Notes under the pieces: generated by a model | Databases searched by the model: none | What the model saw: only the letters and a program-made list of their open reading frames with translations | What the model was told of the DNA's origin: nothing | Part shown: positions 53,781-64,000 of the stretch, one piece after another | How the letters are laid out: each line of letters opens with the position of its first letter | How positions within the stretch are numbered: the first letter of the stretch is position 1 | Position numbers and translations under genes: made by a program | Assembly: GCA_043827405.1 (NCBI GenBank) | Contig: JBDRPD010000013.1 | Location: 32,990-96,989, forward strand | DNA length: 64,000 nucleotides | Origin: Elusimicrobiota bacterium | Lineage (GTDB): Bacteria > Elusimicrobiota > Elusimicrobia > UBA1565 | Direction of reading: 5' to 3'

Positions 53781-56700
53781 ATGAGATACCGTTTTCGCGC
53801 CCTACTATATTCGGCCTTGCTGCTCTACGGCGGGGCCCTGTGCCTGCGGACGGTCCACGCCGGCTGGCTCGACAGCTTCACGCCCTTTACGCCGGCCGGC
53901 GAGTCGGAGCCCCGCGTCATCAGCCCCGGCGACAATATCCAGGACCCCTCTGGCCCGCGGGTCCTTTCCGTGGCGCCGAGCGGCCATGTCCAGGACGCCG
54001 GGGAGACCTTGGCCGTCACCGTCACCTTCGATCGGCCGATGATCGCTCTCTCCGCGCTCGCGGAGCAGAAGACGGAAGGCCTGCTGTCGATCGATCCTCC
54101 CTTGCCGGGCAAGTTCCGCTGGCTGGGTACGGAGACCTTGGTCTTTACCCCGGAGAAGCCGTTCACTCTCGCGACCCGCTATACCATGACCCTCCACGCC
54201 GGCATCACCGCGAAAGACGGCGCCCGCATGCAGAGCGACTATCGCTGGACGTTCGAGACGGCCCGGCCGCAGTTCTCGCAGTCCGATCCTTACCATGGTT
54301 CCCAGTTCATCGATCTCAAGGTCCCGATCCTCCTCGCTTTCAACCAGCCGATGTCGCCGCAGAAGGCGATGGATTTCCTGGAGCTTGTGGGGCGGCCAAC
54401 GGAGAATCTCTTCGGGCCGATACGCGCCTATGCCGGGACCGATTACCGTGAGTCGTTTCGCGTCAGCGTCCGCAAGCCGACCGAGGAGGAATTCAAGCAG
54501 CGTCAGTGGTTCGCCAAGGACAGAAACTATTGCCTCGTCGTCGAGCCGCAGAGACCGCTCAAGAAGGAGTACACCTACAGCCTCATCCTAAGGGCCGGTC
54601 TTCCCGCAGCGGAGGGATTCCTCGGCCTGATCGAAGATCGGCATCTCCAGTTCAAGAGCTATAACCACTTTCGCGTGCTCGGCATTCAGGGAATCGTACA
54701 TCCGGAGGAGGGATTGCCCATCACCTTTTCCAACCCGGTCCAGGGCAAGCTGTTGGCGGAGACGCTCTCCGTCGATCCGTCGCTGCAGATGCCCGAGCAT
54801 TATGCACGCTTCACGTACTACGCCCACGAGCACCGCATCCCGTTTAAGTTTGAGGTGAAGCAGGCTTATAGCGTGCTGATTAAGCGGGGACTCGAGGATA
54901 AGTTCGGCCAGAAGCTCAAGAATAACTGGGAGGGGGCCTTCCAGGTCACATCGTACGCGCCTTACGCGGCGATGCCCACCGGCAACCTCACGGTGGAGGC
55001 CAAACTGAAGCACCGGCTGCCCGTGACGGCGATCAATATGATGACGGTCGGCAAGCTGCTCTACCCGGTATCGGCGATCGAGGCGATCCCGCGGCTCCAG
55101 AACCAGTATGTGTTCCATCAGAACGAGCTGTTCGCTCCCGCCGGCGCCGTTCCCGAGGCCTGGAACATCCAGGGGACATTGGATAAGAGCGCCGTCCTCC
55201 CGCTCGAGCTGGACTCGAGCCTCAATAAGGACGGGCACGGCTTTCTGTTCGCGAATCTCCGGGCGATGGACCCCAATCCCGCGGTTGAGCCTCACCCTCT
55301 CTCCGTCTACAACCACGGCATAAGAAACCGGCTGTATAAGGCTTTTGTCCAGGTCACCAACCTGGGCATAACGGCCAAATGTTCGCCGGAGGACAACCTG
55401 GTCTGGGTGACCTTCCTGCGGACCGGGAAGCCGGTGATCGGCGCCGCGGTCGAACTGCGAGACGACAAGGGCGACCTCCTCTGGCAGGGGAAGACCGACC
55501 GCGAGGGCCTGGCGAAGAGTCCGGGCTGGGCGATCCTAAAGGTCGGCAAGCATCGTGGGCAGCAAAATCCTCGGGTATGGATCATCGCCAAGTGGCGCTC
55601 GGACTCGGCGATGGTGGCGTCGAATTGGGGCACGGGAATCTATCCATATAGTTTCATGCTGCCGTACGTTTTCCAGCAGATCCATCCGGAATACGGCGGG
55701 CACGTCTACAGCGACCGCGGACTCTACCGTGTCGGCGAGACCGCCCAGCTTAAGGGCGTTCTCCGGCAGAAGCGCAAGAGCGACTGGGTTATAGCCGACG
55801 TTGCTGAAGTTGAGATGACCATTGAGAACTCGCGGGGGGAGGAGGTGCACAAGCGCGTCGTCGCGGTCTCGTCCTTCGGGTCCTTTCATACCGATTTCCG
55901 CATCCCGCCGACCGCGGTCACCGGCCACTACAATGTCCATGTCCGCGATCCGAGGGATCCCGTAAAGCCGGAGAGCCCGCAGCACGGCGAAGCCCTGTTC
56001 GACAAGAACAAGCTCCAGTTCTGGGGCGGCTTCCAGGTAGAGGCCTTCATGCCGGCCAAGTTCGAGGTGAAGACCCGGCTATCCCGGGACAGCTACATCT
56101 TCGGCGACGAAGCCGAGGGCACGATCCGCGGCTGGTATCTTTTCGGCGCGCCCATGAAGAAGGCGAAGTTCACCTGGCGGGCGCGGCTCTGGGAGACCTT
56201 GTTCGCGCCCAAGGGCCATGAAGGCTACGCGTTCGGTCCTCGCCGGCACCTGATGGAGTACAAGGGGACGGCCGCGCGCACGGTGCTGACGGCTTCGGAT
56301 CAGGGCGAGCTCGACGAGAAGGGTGGGGCCCGCGTCAGCTTCCCGCTCAAGGAGGGCACGCTCTTGGGCAGCCTGACCGCGCGTTTGGAAGGGACGGTGA
56401 CCGACGAGGACCGGCAGTCCGTCTCCGGCAGCAAGACGGCGATCGTGCACGCCGGCGAGTTCTACCTCGGCATCAAGCCGTCCGCCTCGTTCCTTGAGGC
56501 GAGGAACCCGCTGGATATTTCGGTGCTCACGACGGACCCGGACGGCAAGCCGGTCTCCGGCGAGAAGGTGCGGCTGCAGGTCATCCGCCGGGAATGGCAT
56601 TCGGTACGCAAAGCGGGCATCAAGGGTCGGACCTCCTGGTTGACGGAGAAGAAGGATATCGAGGTCGAGAAATACTCCCTCGAGTCCGCGGCGGAGCCGG

Positions 56701-59603
56701 TGACCGTACGCTTCAAGCCCGATAAGCCCGGCTACTACATCATCCATGCCGAGGCCAAGGACGGCCGTTCCCGGCGCATCTACGCCGATGCCTACTTTTA
56801 TGTGACCGGCACGGATTACGTCGCCTGGGCTCGTTCCAACGACGACAAGATCGATCTGGTGGCCGATCGGACGCGCTACAAGCCGGGCGAGACGGCCAAG
56901 GTAATGGTCAAGTCCCCGTACGAGAGCGCCCTCGTCTTGGTCAGCCTCGAGCGCGAGGGGATTCTGCGCCAGTTCACGACCACCTTGAAAGGAAGCGCGG
57001 ATATCGTCGAGATTCCGCTCGAGGAACGTTTCGTGCCTAATGTCTACGTCTCGGTCGTGCTCCTGCAGGGCCGGACCGCACAGGGGGAGTTCGACGAGAA
57101 GGGCGACGACGTGGGGAAGCCCTCCTTTAAGATCGGATACGTCAACCTGCCCGTCGACCCGGGCACCCGCCGGCTCAAAGTCGAGGTCGCGTCCGACAAA
57201 GAGGAATACCGGCCGCGGGGCAAGGTGAGCCTCGACTTCTTAGTGCAGGACCCGTCGGGGAACGGGGTCGAGTCGGAGTTCTCGGTCTCCGTGGTGGACC
57301 GCGGCATTCTGGACCTGATCAGCTACCAGACCCCGGATTCGTTTGACAGCTTCTACGGGCCGCGGCCGCTGTCCGTGGAGACGGTCGAGAGCCGCCAGCA
57401 CGTGGTCGGACAGCGCAACTACGGCGAGAAGGGTGAGAACCGCGGCGGCGACGGCCGCTCGGTGCCGCCGGGACTCCTGGCGGACGCGGATTTACGCGGC
57501 TTATTCAAGGCCTCCGCCTTCTGGAAAGCCGACCTGACCACCGATGAAAAGGGCCGGGCGGCGGTCTCCTTCGAACTCCCCGACAACCTCACGACCTTCA
57601 AGGTCATGGTAACGGCGCACACGAAGAAGTCGAAGTTCGGCGCCGGCGACACCGAGTTCGCGGTCAAGAAGCCGTTAATGCTGAAGCCCTCCCTGCCTCG
57701 CTTCGCCCGGCTGGGCGACCGTTTCCAAGCGGGCGTGGTGGCTCATAACCATACGGGGAAGGGGGGGGAGGTGACCGTGGAGGCGGGCGCAGAGGATATC
57801 GCTCTGCACGGCGAGGGGCGAAAGAAGATCGTTCTGGGCGACGGTATGGCCCAGGAGGTAGTCTTCGACTACGCGGCCGACCGTCTCGGCATGGCGACTT
57901 TCCGCTTCGCCGCAGGTCTGGGTAATGAGCGCGACGGGCTGGAGCTGAAGCTGCCCGTGATCCTGCCCAGGATAACGGAGGCGGTGGCGCTCTATGGGAA
58001 TACCGACGGCAGTGCCGTGGAGCACCTAAAGATTCCGTCGGATATCTATCCCGAGGCCGGAGGTCTTAGGTTGGAGGCGGCGTCCACCGCGCTGCTCGGT
58101 TTGCGGGACGGGATCGAGTATCTGCAGGAGTATCCGTACGAGTGCCTCGAGCAGAAGATCTCCCGGGTGCTTCCATTTGTGCTCGCCAGCGACCTGCTGG
58201 AGGCGTTCGGGCTCTCCGCGCTGAAGGGGAAAGAGAAAAAAGAGGTGGTGGAGAATCTTCTGCGCGACCTGCCGAAGTTTCAGAACGCCGACGGCGGCTT
58301 CACCTATTGGCCCGGCAGCTCCATCCCCTCCGAGTATATGACCGCCTATGTCCTGTTCTTCCTCCGCGCGGCCAAGAAGGATGGATTCGACGCGGACATG
58401 AACGTGGTGAATAAGGCGACCGGTTTCCTGCAGCGGATTCTACGCTTGAAGGAGGGCGACCCCTGGAACTATCCCTACAACCGGAACGCGAGGCTGGCCA
58501 CCGAAGCCTTTATCGTCTACGCGCTGAGCCTATGGAATGTGCGGGAGCCGGCCTACATCACCCGGCTCTTCGAAGATCGGTTCCGCATCCCCCTCTTCGG
58601 TCGCACCATGCTGCTGAAGGCGGTTCGGCACAGCGGCATGTCCAAGCGCATGGAAGCCGAGCTGGTGCGGGATCTCTTCAACAGCGTCAAGGTTGATGCG
58701 ACCCGGGCGCATTTCGAGGAGCAGGACCCCGGCGGTCTGGACTGGATCTTCTACTCGCCCGTTCGCACCACGGCCTATGTCCTGCAGGCCATGCTCGAGT
58801 CCGGCCAGAGCTTCCCGCAGGAAGCGAAGGTGATCCGTTGGCTGATGGACGAGCGCAAGAACGGCCGCTGGCGGAGCACTCAGGAGAACCTCTATGTCTT
58901 CTACGCGCTCACCGAGTACTTCCGCCGCTACGAGTCCGAGCGGCCGGACTTTACCGCCGTCATCAAGCTGGAGGGGAAGGAAGCGCTCAGGCATCTCTTC
59001 GCCGGCCGGAGCGTGGACGCAGAAAAGAAGACCGTCCCATGGAGCGAGTTGCCGCTGGGGCGGGAGATCCCGGCGCAGATGTCGAAGGAGGGAACAGGCA
59101 GGCTCTACTACGGGATAAGGATGGTGTACGCACCCAAGGGCGAGCTGCCGGCCCGTGAGGAAGGTCTCCAGGTGACGCGCGAGATCACCTTGGCCAACGG
59201 CGATCCGCTGCCCAAGATCGTGCAGGCGGGCACCAAGCTCCTCGTCAAGCTCACGGTCACCACGCCGTTCGACCGGACCTATATCGCCGTGGAGGATCCG
59301 CTGCCGGCCGGCTTCCAGGTGATCCACACCGGCTTCAAGACCGCGAGCGCGGAGGACGGCGCGAACCTCGCGGCGGCGGGAAGGCCGGACGGCCGCTGGT
59401 GGGGCAGCTTCAACCACCGGGAGTTCTACGATGACCGGGTGGTCCTCTACGCCGATTATATGACGCAGGGAAGCCATACCGCCAGATATCTCGTCACCAC
59501 GGTCACGCCCGGCGACTTCTCGCTGCCCGCGGCCAAGGCGGAGGGGATGTACACGCCGGAGGTCTTCGGCCGCACCAAGGAGGGACGGTTTGATATCCGC
59601 TAG
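53781..59603 (+). CDS. Bacterial alpha-2-macroglobulin with N-terminal Ig-like domains
   Basis: YSDRGLYRVGE, LPDNLTTF, LPRF.R.GD, thioester YPYECLEQ, WRSTQEN, EGMY.PEVFGR. Confidence 0.95.
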   Translation: MRYRFRALLYSALLLYGGALCLRTVHAGWLDSFTPFTPAGESEPRVISPGDNIQDPSGPRVLSVAPSGHVQDAGETLAVTVTFDRPMIALSALAEQKTEGLLSIDPPLPGKFRWLGTETLVFTPEKPFTLATRYTMTLHAGITAKDGARMQSDYRWTFETARPQFSQSDPYHGSQFIDLKVPILLAFNQPMSPQKAMDFLELVGRPTENLFGPIRAYAGTDYRESFRVSVRKPTEEEFKQRQWFAKDRNYCLVVEPQRPLKKEYTYSLILRAGLPAAEGFLGLIEDRHLQFKSYNHFRVLGIQGIVHPEEGLPITFSNPVQGKLLAETLSVDPSLQMPEHYARFTYYAHEHRIPFKFEVKQAYSVLIKRGLEDKFGQKLKNNWEGAFQVTSYAPYAAMPTGNLTVEAKLKHRLPVTAINMMTVGKLLYPVSAIEAIPRLQNQYVFHQNELFAPAGAVPEAWNIQGTLDKSAVLPLELDSSLNKDGHGFLFANLRAMDPNPAVEPHPLSVYNHGIRNRLYKAFVQVTNLGITAKCSPEDNLVWVTFLRTGKPVIGAAVELRDDKGDLLWQGKTDREGLAKSPGWAILKVGKHRGQQNPRVWIIAKWRSDSAMVASNWGTGIYPYSFMLPYVFQQIHPEYGGHVYSDRGLYRVGETAQLKGVLRQKRKSDWVIADVAEVEMTIENSRGEEVHKRVVAVSSFGSFHTDFRIPPTAVTGHYNVHVRDPRDPVKPESPQHGEALFDKNKLQFWGGFQVEAFMPAKFEVKTRLSRDSYIFGDEAEGTIRGWYLFGAPMKKAKFTWRARLWETLFAPKGHEGYAFGPRRHLMEYKGTAARTVLTASDQGELDEKGGARVSFPLKEGTLLGSLTARLEGTVTDEDRQSVSGSKTAIVHAGEFYLGIKPSASFLEARNPLDISVLTTDPDGKPVSGEKVRLQVIRREWHSVRKAGIKGRTSWLTEKKDIEVEKYSLESAAEPVTVRFKPDKPGYYIIHAEAKDGRSRRIYADAYFYVTGTDYVAWARSNDDKIDLVADRTRYKPGETAKVMVKSPYESALVLVSLEREGILRQFTTTLKGSADIVEIPLEERFVPNVYVSVVLLQGRTAQGEFDEKGDDVGKPSFKIGYVNLPVDPGTRRLKVEVASDKEEYRPRGKVSLDFLVQDPSGNGVESEFSVSVVDRGILDLISYQTPDSFDSFYGPRPLSVETVESRQHVVGQRNYGEKGENRGGDGRSVPPGLLADADLRGLFKASAFWKADLTTDEKGRAAVSFELPDNLTTFKVMVTAHTKKSKFGAGDTEFAVKKPLMLKPSLPRFARLGDRFQAGVVAHNHTGKGGEVTVEAGAEDIALHGEGRKKIVLGDGMAQEVVFDYAADRLGMATFRFAAGLGNERDGLELKLPVILPRITEAVALYGNTDGSAVEHLKIPSDIYPEAGGLRLEAASTALLGLRDGIEYLQEYPYECLEQKISRVLPFVLASDLLEAFGLSALKGKEKKEVVENLLRDLPKFQNADGGFTYWPGSSIPSEYMTAYVLFFLRAAKKDGFDADMNVVNKATGFLQRILRLKEGDPWNYPYNRNARLATEAFIVYALSLWNVREPAYITRLFEDRFRIPLFGRTMLLKAVRHSGMSKRMEAELVRDLFNSVKVDATRAHFEEQDPGGLDWIFYSPVRTTAYVLQAMLESGQSFPQEAKVIRWLMDERKNGRWRSTQENLYVFYALTEYFRRYESERPDFTAVIKLEGKEALRHLFAGRSVDAEKKTVPWSELPLGREIPAQMSKEGTGRLYYGIRMVYAPKGELPAREEGLQVTREITLANGDPLPKIVQAGTKLLVKLTVTTPFDRTYIAVEDPLPAGFQVIHTGFKTASAEDGANLAAAGRPDGRWWGSFNHREFYDDRVVLYADYMTQGSHTARYLVTTVTPGDFSLPAAKAEGMYTPEVFGRTKEGRFDIR

Positions 59604-61965
59604 GTGCAAAAGCGGGAGGGTCCTGCTCCTCTGTTCGGTCGTCGTCCTCGCGGCGGCGGCCATGTGGGGATACCGTCGGCATATGCTCTCCTACCGGGAG
59701 TTCCGGTCGCTCCGGCTGACCGACCGGAATGGTCTTCCTCTGCGCACCGTGCTCTCGGACCGGGAGGGCACGAGCGCGTGGACCCCGCTGGACGAGATCT
59801 CCCCGTATCTTTCGGAGGCGACGATCGCGGCCGAGGACAAGCGTTTCTTCCGCCATCCGGGCGTGGATCCGTTCGCGATCTCGCGCGCCGTCCGCCAGAA
59901 CATACGTTCCAGGCGGGTCGTGGCCGGGGGCTCGACCTTGACCCAGCAGTTCGTCCGGATCGTTCGCGACTATCCGCGTAACTTGCCCGGCAAGGTCGCC
60001 GAGGCGGCCGAGGCGGTGCTCTTCGAGCTCGTCACGTCCAAGAAGGAGGTTTTGGCTCACTACCTTAACCGCGCCCCCTACGGCAACCAGAGTTTTGGGA
60101 TCGCCGCGGCGGCCGGCATCTACTTCGACAAGCCGCCCGCCCATCTGTCTCTCGCGGAGTCGGCGTTTCTGGCGGGCCTGCCGCAGTCGCCGACGCGGTT
60201 CGATCCCTATCGCCATCCGCGGCGGGCGCGCAAAAGGCAGCGCTGGGTGTTAAAGCGCATGCTCGCGACCGGCCGCATCGACCGCCGCGATTTCGAGTTG
60301 GCCAGCCGGGAGCCGCTGGCGCTCGTACCCAAAGAACGGCGCTTCCAGGCGCCGCACTTTGCCGACTGGGTGCTCTCCAGGCTGCCGCACAATAAGCGGG
60401 GACGCTTGTCCGTCGTGCGAACCAGCCTTGATCTGCCGCTGCAGCAGGAGCTGGAGAAGATGGTCTCCACCCATGTCCGCACCTTAAAGCGGGCGGGGAT
60501 CGGCAACGGCTCGGCCGTGGTCCTGGACAACCATACGGGCGAGGTCCTGGCCATGGTCGGCTCGGCCGATTATTTCGACGAGGCGACAGCCGGCCAGGTG
60601 AACGGCGCCCTGGCGCCCCGTCCCCCGGGCTCGACCTGGAAACCGTTCACCTACGCGCTGGCCGTCGAGCGCGGCATGACGGCGGCCTCGATCATCGCCG
60701 ACATACCGCTCCATGCCATGACCATGAGCGGCGACTTCACGCCGCGTAATTACGACGAGCGCTTCCACGGCCCCGTGCGGCTGCGGACGGCCTTGGCCTG
60801 CTCCTACAACATCCCGGCCGTGCGCGTGCTCGAGCAGGTGGGCGTCGAGGTCCTGCTAAACCGCCTGCGCCGGGCGGGCTTCCGCTTCCTCACCCGGCCG
60901 GCCTCGCACTACGGGCTCGGTCTCACCTTGGGCGGAGCGGAGGCGAGCTTGCTGCAGTTGGCGCGTGCCTATTCCGCTTTGGCCAACGACGGCATGTACT
61001 CTGAGGAGAAGACGGTCCTGTCGTCCGCGATCGCGCCGGGACCGGCGGAGCCGGTGTTCCTGCCGGCCGTCGCCCATGTGATCACGGACATCCTGTCGGA
61101 TGACGACGCGCGGGCACCCGCTTTCGGGGCGTATTCCGCGTTGTCTTTTCCGTTTCCCTGCGCGGTGAAGACCGGGACATCCAAGAACTTCCGCGACAGC
61201 TGGACCATCGGCTATACGAAGGACTATACCGTGGGTATCTGGCTGGGGAACTTCGACGGCACGCCGAGCAAGGGTCTGACCGGGGCGAGCGCGGCGGCGC
61301 CGCTGTTTCGCAACGTCATGATGCACCTGCACCGGAGCAGGCGGCCCGACGCGTTCGGGGAGCCTGTCGGGCTCGCGAAGGAGCATATCTGCCCGCGCTC
61401 TGGGCATAAGGCGTCGCCGACCTGCCCCACGACGATCACCGAGAAGTTTGTCCCCGGCACGGCGCCGCATGAGACCTGCGGCGTCCATCAGCTAGTCGAG
61501 ATCGATTCGCGCAACGGCCTCCTCGCCAGGGACACCTGCGAGCCGCAGTGGGTCGAGAAGGGACTGTTCGAGGTCTATCCGCCGATCTACAGCACCTGGA
61601 GCATCGAGCACGACGTCCCCATCCCTCCCCTGCGCTACTCGCCGCTGTGCGTCGACGACGGGAAGGAGGAGCCCGCGGCGGTCCGGCAAGCGCGGTCCGT
61701 GCGCGTGACCTATCCGGACGCCGGCGACGTCTTCGTGCGCGATCCCGTTTTGCGGTCCGAATTTCAGACCCTGCTGCTGACTCCCGAGGTGAGCCACGGC
61801 GCCGACATGGTCGAGTGGATCGTCGACGGCGAGAGCTTCGCGAAGGTCAGCGCGCCCTATACCGCGAGGTGGCCGCTGGCGCCGGGAAGGCATAGGATCA
61901 AAGTCCGCGCCCGGATCGGCGGGAAGTGGATGACCGGGGCGCCGATTGCCATCACCGTGTTGTAA
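59590..61965 (+). CDS. pbpC: Penicillin-binding protein 1C
   Basis: Transglycosylase EDKRF, GGSTLTQQ; transpeptidase STWK, SYN, KTGT; C-terminal PBP1C-like domain; downstream of a2M. Confidence 0.94.
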   Translation: MISARCKSGRVLLLCSVVVLAAAAMWGYRRHMLSYREFRSLRLTDRNGLPLRTVLSDREGTSAWTPLDEISPYLSEATIAAEDKRFFRHPGVDPFAISRAVRQNIRSRRVVAGGSTLTQQFVRIVRDYPRNLPGKVAEAAEAVLFELVTSKKEVLAHYLNRAPYGNQSFGIAAAAGIYFDKPPAHLSLAESAFLAGLPQSPTRFDPYRHPRRARKRQRWVLKRMLATGRIDRRDFELASREPLALVPKERRFQAPHFADWVLSRLPHNKRGRLSVVRTSLDLPLQQELEKMVSTHVRTLKRAGIGNGSAVVLDNHTGEVLAMVGSADYFDEATAGQVNGALAPRPPGSTWKPFTYALAVERGMTAASIIADIPLHAMTMSGDFTPRNYDERFHGPVRLRTALACSYNIPAVRVLEQVGVEVLLNRLRRAGFRFLTRPASHYGLGLTLGGAEASLLQLARAYSALANDGMYSEEKTVLSSAIAPGPAEPVFLPAVAHVITDILSDDDARAPAFGAYSALSFPFPCAVKTGTSKNFRDSWTIGYTKDYTVGIWLGNFDGTPSKGLTGASAAAPLFRNVMMHLHRSRRPDAFGEPVGLAKEHICPRSGHKASPTCPTTITEKFVPGTAPHETCGVHQLVEIDSRNGLLARDTCEPQWVEKGLFEVYPPIYSTWSIEHDVPIPPLRYSPLCVDDGKEEPAAVRQARSVRVTYPDAGDVFVRDPVLRSEFQTLLLTPEVSHGADMVEWIVDGESFAKVSAPYTARWPLAPGRHRIKVRARIGGKWMTGAPIAITVL

Positions 61966-62016
61966 TGAATTTCATACGAAGCGGGCGGGTAGAGGTGACG
62001 CTTCTCGCCGGCGCGG

Positions 62017-63999
62017 TTATCGGCGCTTGGCGAATAGTCCGGCGACAAAGGTCTTGGTCTTGTGCGCGGCAAGAAACAGCACCGGGATGAGCGCCAGGGT
62101 AAAAAGGATGGAGCCCAGCATGCCGCCCACGATGACCCCGCCCATCGAGGATTTTACCGAGAAGGGGTCGAAGACCTGGGGCAGAGCGCCGACGATGACG
62201 GCCAGCGAGGTCATGAGGATGGCGCGGAATTTAAATGATGCGCCGAGCCAGATCGCCTCGCGCGCGTCCTTTCCTTCATCCATCTTCTTGAGCGTATAGT
62301 CCAGCATGAGAATGGCGTTGTTCACCACGAGACCGACCAGCATCACCATGGCCATCATGGAGCCGATGTTCATGGAGAAGCCCAGGAAGAACAGCATGTA
62401 GAATACGCCGATGAATGAGGTGGCGATCGAAGAGACGATCACCAGCGGGTAGGTGAACGAGTTGAGGATGGCGGCGAGCAGCATGAAGGTAAGGATGACG
62501 GCGATCCCGCCCGCCCGGCCCATCTCGCGGTTTGTTTCCTCTGCAAACTCGGCCATGCCGACATATTTGTAGCGGTAGCCCTTGGGGAAGTCGATCTCCG
62601 CGAACACGGCGTCGAGGTGCTTCTGCGCTTGCCCCGCGGTGGCTTTCGAGAGGAAGGCGCTGAGCTGAATGACGCGCTCCTTGTCGCGGCGCTGCAGGCT
62701 GGAGAACCCGCGCTCTTTTTTGACTTCGCCGAGAAGCGAAATGGGAACGAGTCCGTCCCGGGACATTACGGAAATATCGGCGATATCGTCGAGCGAGCGC
62801 TTATAGAGTTCATCGTACGTGATGCTGATGTCGTACTCTTCCCCCCTTTCCTTGAAGACGTTCTTGTCGTCGCCGGTCACCGCCCAGCGGATGGCGGTTC
62901 CCACATCGGAGTTCTTTACCCCGAAACGGATCATCGCCGCGTCATTGGGGGTAAAGCGAATCTCTTCCTTCGGGGTTTTGTGCGAGGACTCCACGGACCG
63001 GAAGTATCCGCTGCGGAGCATGAGCTTCTTCATCCGCTCGGATAAGTCGATCATGGTGTCGTAGTCCGGGCCGTAGACGTTGACCGTCAGGTCGGCCTCG
63101 CCGGGGCCCGATTCGCCGCGCAGGAAGGAGAATTTCGCGTCCGGGACCTTCGCCGCCTGGGGAATGAACTCGTTGATAATCTCCAGGTCGCCGCGCGTCC
63201 GGTGCTCGAGAGGCGTTAGGTTGACGGTGAGCCGGGCGTTCTCGGAGCCGTCGATGCCCACATAGGAAAGATAGGAGCCGGCTTCGGGAATCTTCTTGAC
63301 CAGCGACTCAACGCCGACGACGGCGTCGAGGGTCGTTTCCAGCAAGGTCCCCTGCGGGAGCTCGATAGCGATTCCGATCACGTCCTGGTCCGACGGCGCC
63401 ATAAACTCGTTGCCGATATAGCGCAGGGGATAGCGGGCGCTGAACATGACCAAAACGCAGGCCGCGGCGGTCAGCCAGGGGTGGCGCAGCGTGAAGTCGA
63501 AAAGCCGGCGGTACTCCGCGACGAGAAACGACAGCGCCTTCTCGGATGTCCTTGCCGCCCAGCCGGCGCCGGAGGATTTCGGCTTGAGGAGCAGCGCGCA
63601 CAGCATGGGCGTCAAACTGAACGACGCCAAAATCGAGAATATCGTGGCGTAGACCACGGTCATCCCGAACTGTTCCATGAACTGTCCGACGATCCCTCCC
63701 ATGAACGCCAGCGGGGTGAAGACGACGAGGTTGGTGCCGGCGGCCGCCAGCACCGCCACCGTCGCGTCCTTGGTGCCGTCAATGGCGGCGCGTTCCGGGG
63801 ACTTGCCTTGTTCCAGGTGCAGGATGACGCTTTCGATGACAACCAGGGCATTGGCGATCAGGGTGCCCAGCGCCGTGGCCGCCGCCAGCAGCGTCATGAA
63901 ATTGATCGTGTATCCCGACAGGTCCATGGGAAAGAGCGTCGAGACCAGCGAGGTGGGAATCACCACCGCGGCGACAACCGTTGTTCGCCAGTCGCCGAG
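62017..63999 (-). CDS. RND-family efflux permease (AcrB-like), 3' part; start lies beyond the window
   Basis: Frame open to the window end (LGDWRTTVVAAVVIPTS); GLVVNNAIL, RAILMTS. Confidence 0.92.
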   Translation of the reverse strand, partial: LGDWRTTVVAAVVIPTSLVSTLFPMDLSGYTINFMTLLAAATALGTLIANALVVIESVILHLEQGKSPERAAIDGTKDATVAVLAAAGTNLVVFTPLAFMGGIVGQFMEQFGMTVVYATIFSILASFSLTPMLCALLLKPKSSGAGWAARTSEKALSFLVAEYRRLFDFTLRHPWLTAAACVLVMFSARYPLRYIGNEFMAPSDQDVIGIAIELPQGTLLETTLDAVVGVESLVKKIPEAGSYLSYVGIDGSENARLTVNLTPLEHRTRGDLEIINEFIPQAAKVPDAKFSFLRGESGPGEADLTVNVYGPDYDTMIDLSERMKKLMLRSGYFRSVESSHKTPKEEIRFTPNDAAMIRFGVKNSDVGTAIRWAVTGDDKNVFKERGEEYDISITYDELYKRSLDDIADISVMSRDGLVPISLLGEVKKERGFSSLQRRDKERVIQLSAFLSKATAGQAQKHLDAVFAEIDFPKGYRYKYVGMAEFAEETNREMGRAGGIAVILTFMLLAAILNSFTYPLVIVSSIATSFIGVFYMLFFLGFSMNIGSMMAMVMLVGLVVNNAILMLDYTLKKMDEGKDAREAIWLGASFKFRAILMTSLAVIVGALPQVFDPFSVKSSMGGVIVGGMLGSILFTLALIPVLFLAAHKTKTFVAGLFAKRR

Positions 64000-64000
64000 A

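Overview
GC-rich bacterial chromosome segment spanning the replication origin. Gene orientation flips at about 25.6 kb. To the left run dnaA-dnaN-dciA-gyrB-gyrA-archease-(ppi)-rtcB-hyp-serS. To the right run hpf-hprK-rapZ-mannose-type PTS EIIA/B/C/D-HPr-EI-lepA-lepB-nfeD. DnaA boxes lie on both sides of dnaA. The flanks carry an ECF sigma/anti-sigma/TolC operon, a Fur-boxed fur-porin-FMN-binding locus, a three-gene glycerol-3-phosphate-dehydrogenase-like oxidoreductase, orphan signalling modules, a PorV-family barrel with a FlgD-Ig cargo gene, an AT-rich Cys-rich lipoprotein between inverted repeats, an old-yellow-enzyme, the alpha-2-macroglobulin/pbpC pair and a partial RND pump. The gene content is reminiscent of Elusimicrobiota (inference, not verified). 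The best candidate for an undescribed system is a set of five unrelated exported proteins sharing one leader design: signal peptide, then in four of them an Ala/Pro/Gly-rich region, then a (L/V/Y)F(D/S)G motif at residue about 140-195, then a variable cargo (M50-like protease, M28 peptidase, HAD+MFS fusion, unknown domains). Their four transcription units are each preceded by phased arrays (22-24 bp period) of a degenerate 16-bp palindrome. No rRNA, tRNA, CRISPR array or transposase was recognised. All product calls come from motif recognition by eye; no database searches were run.
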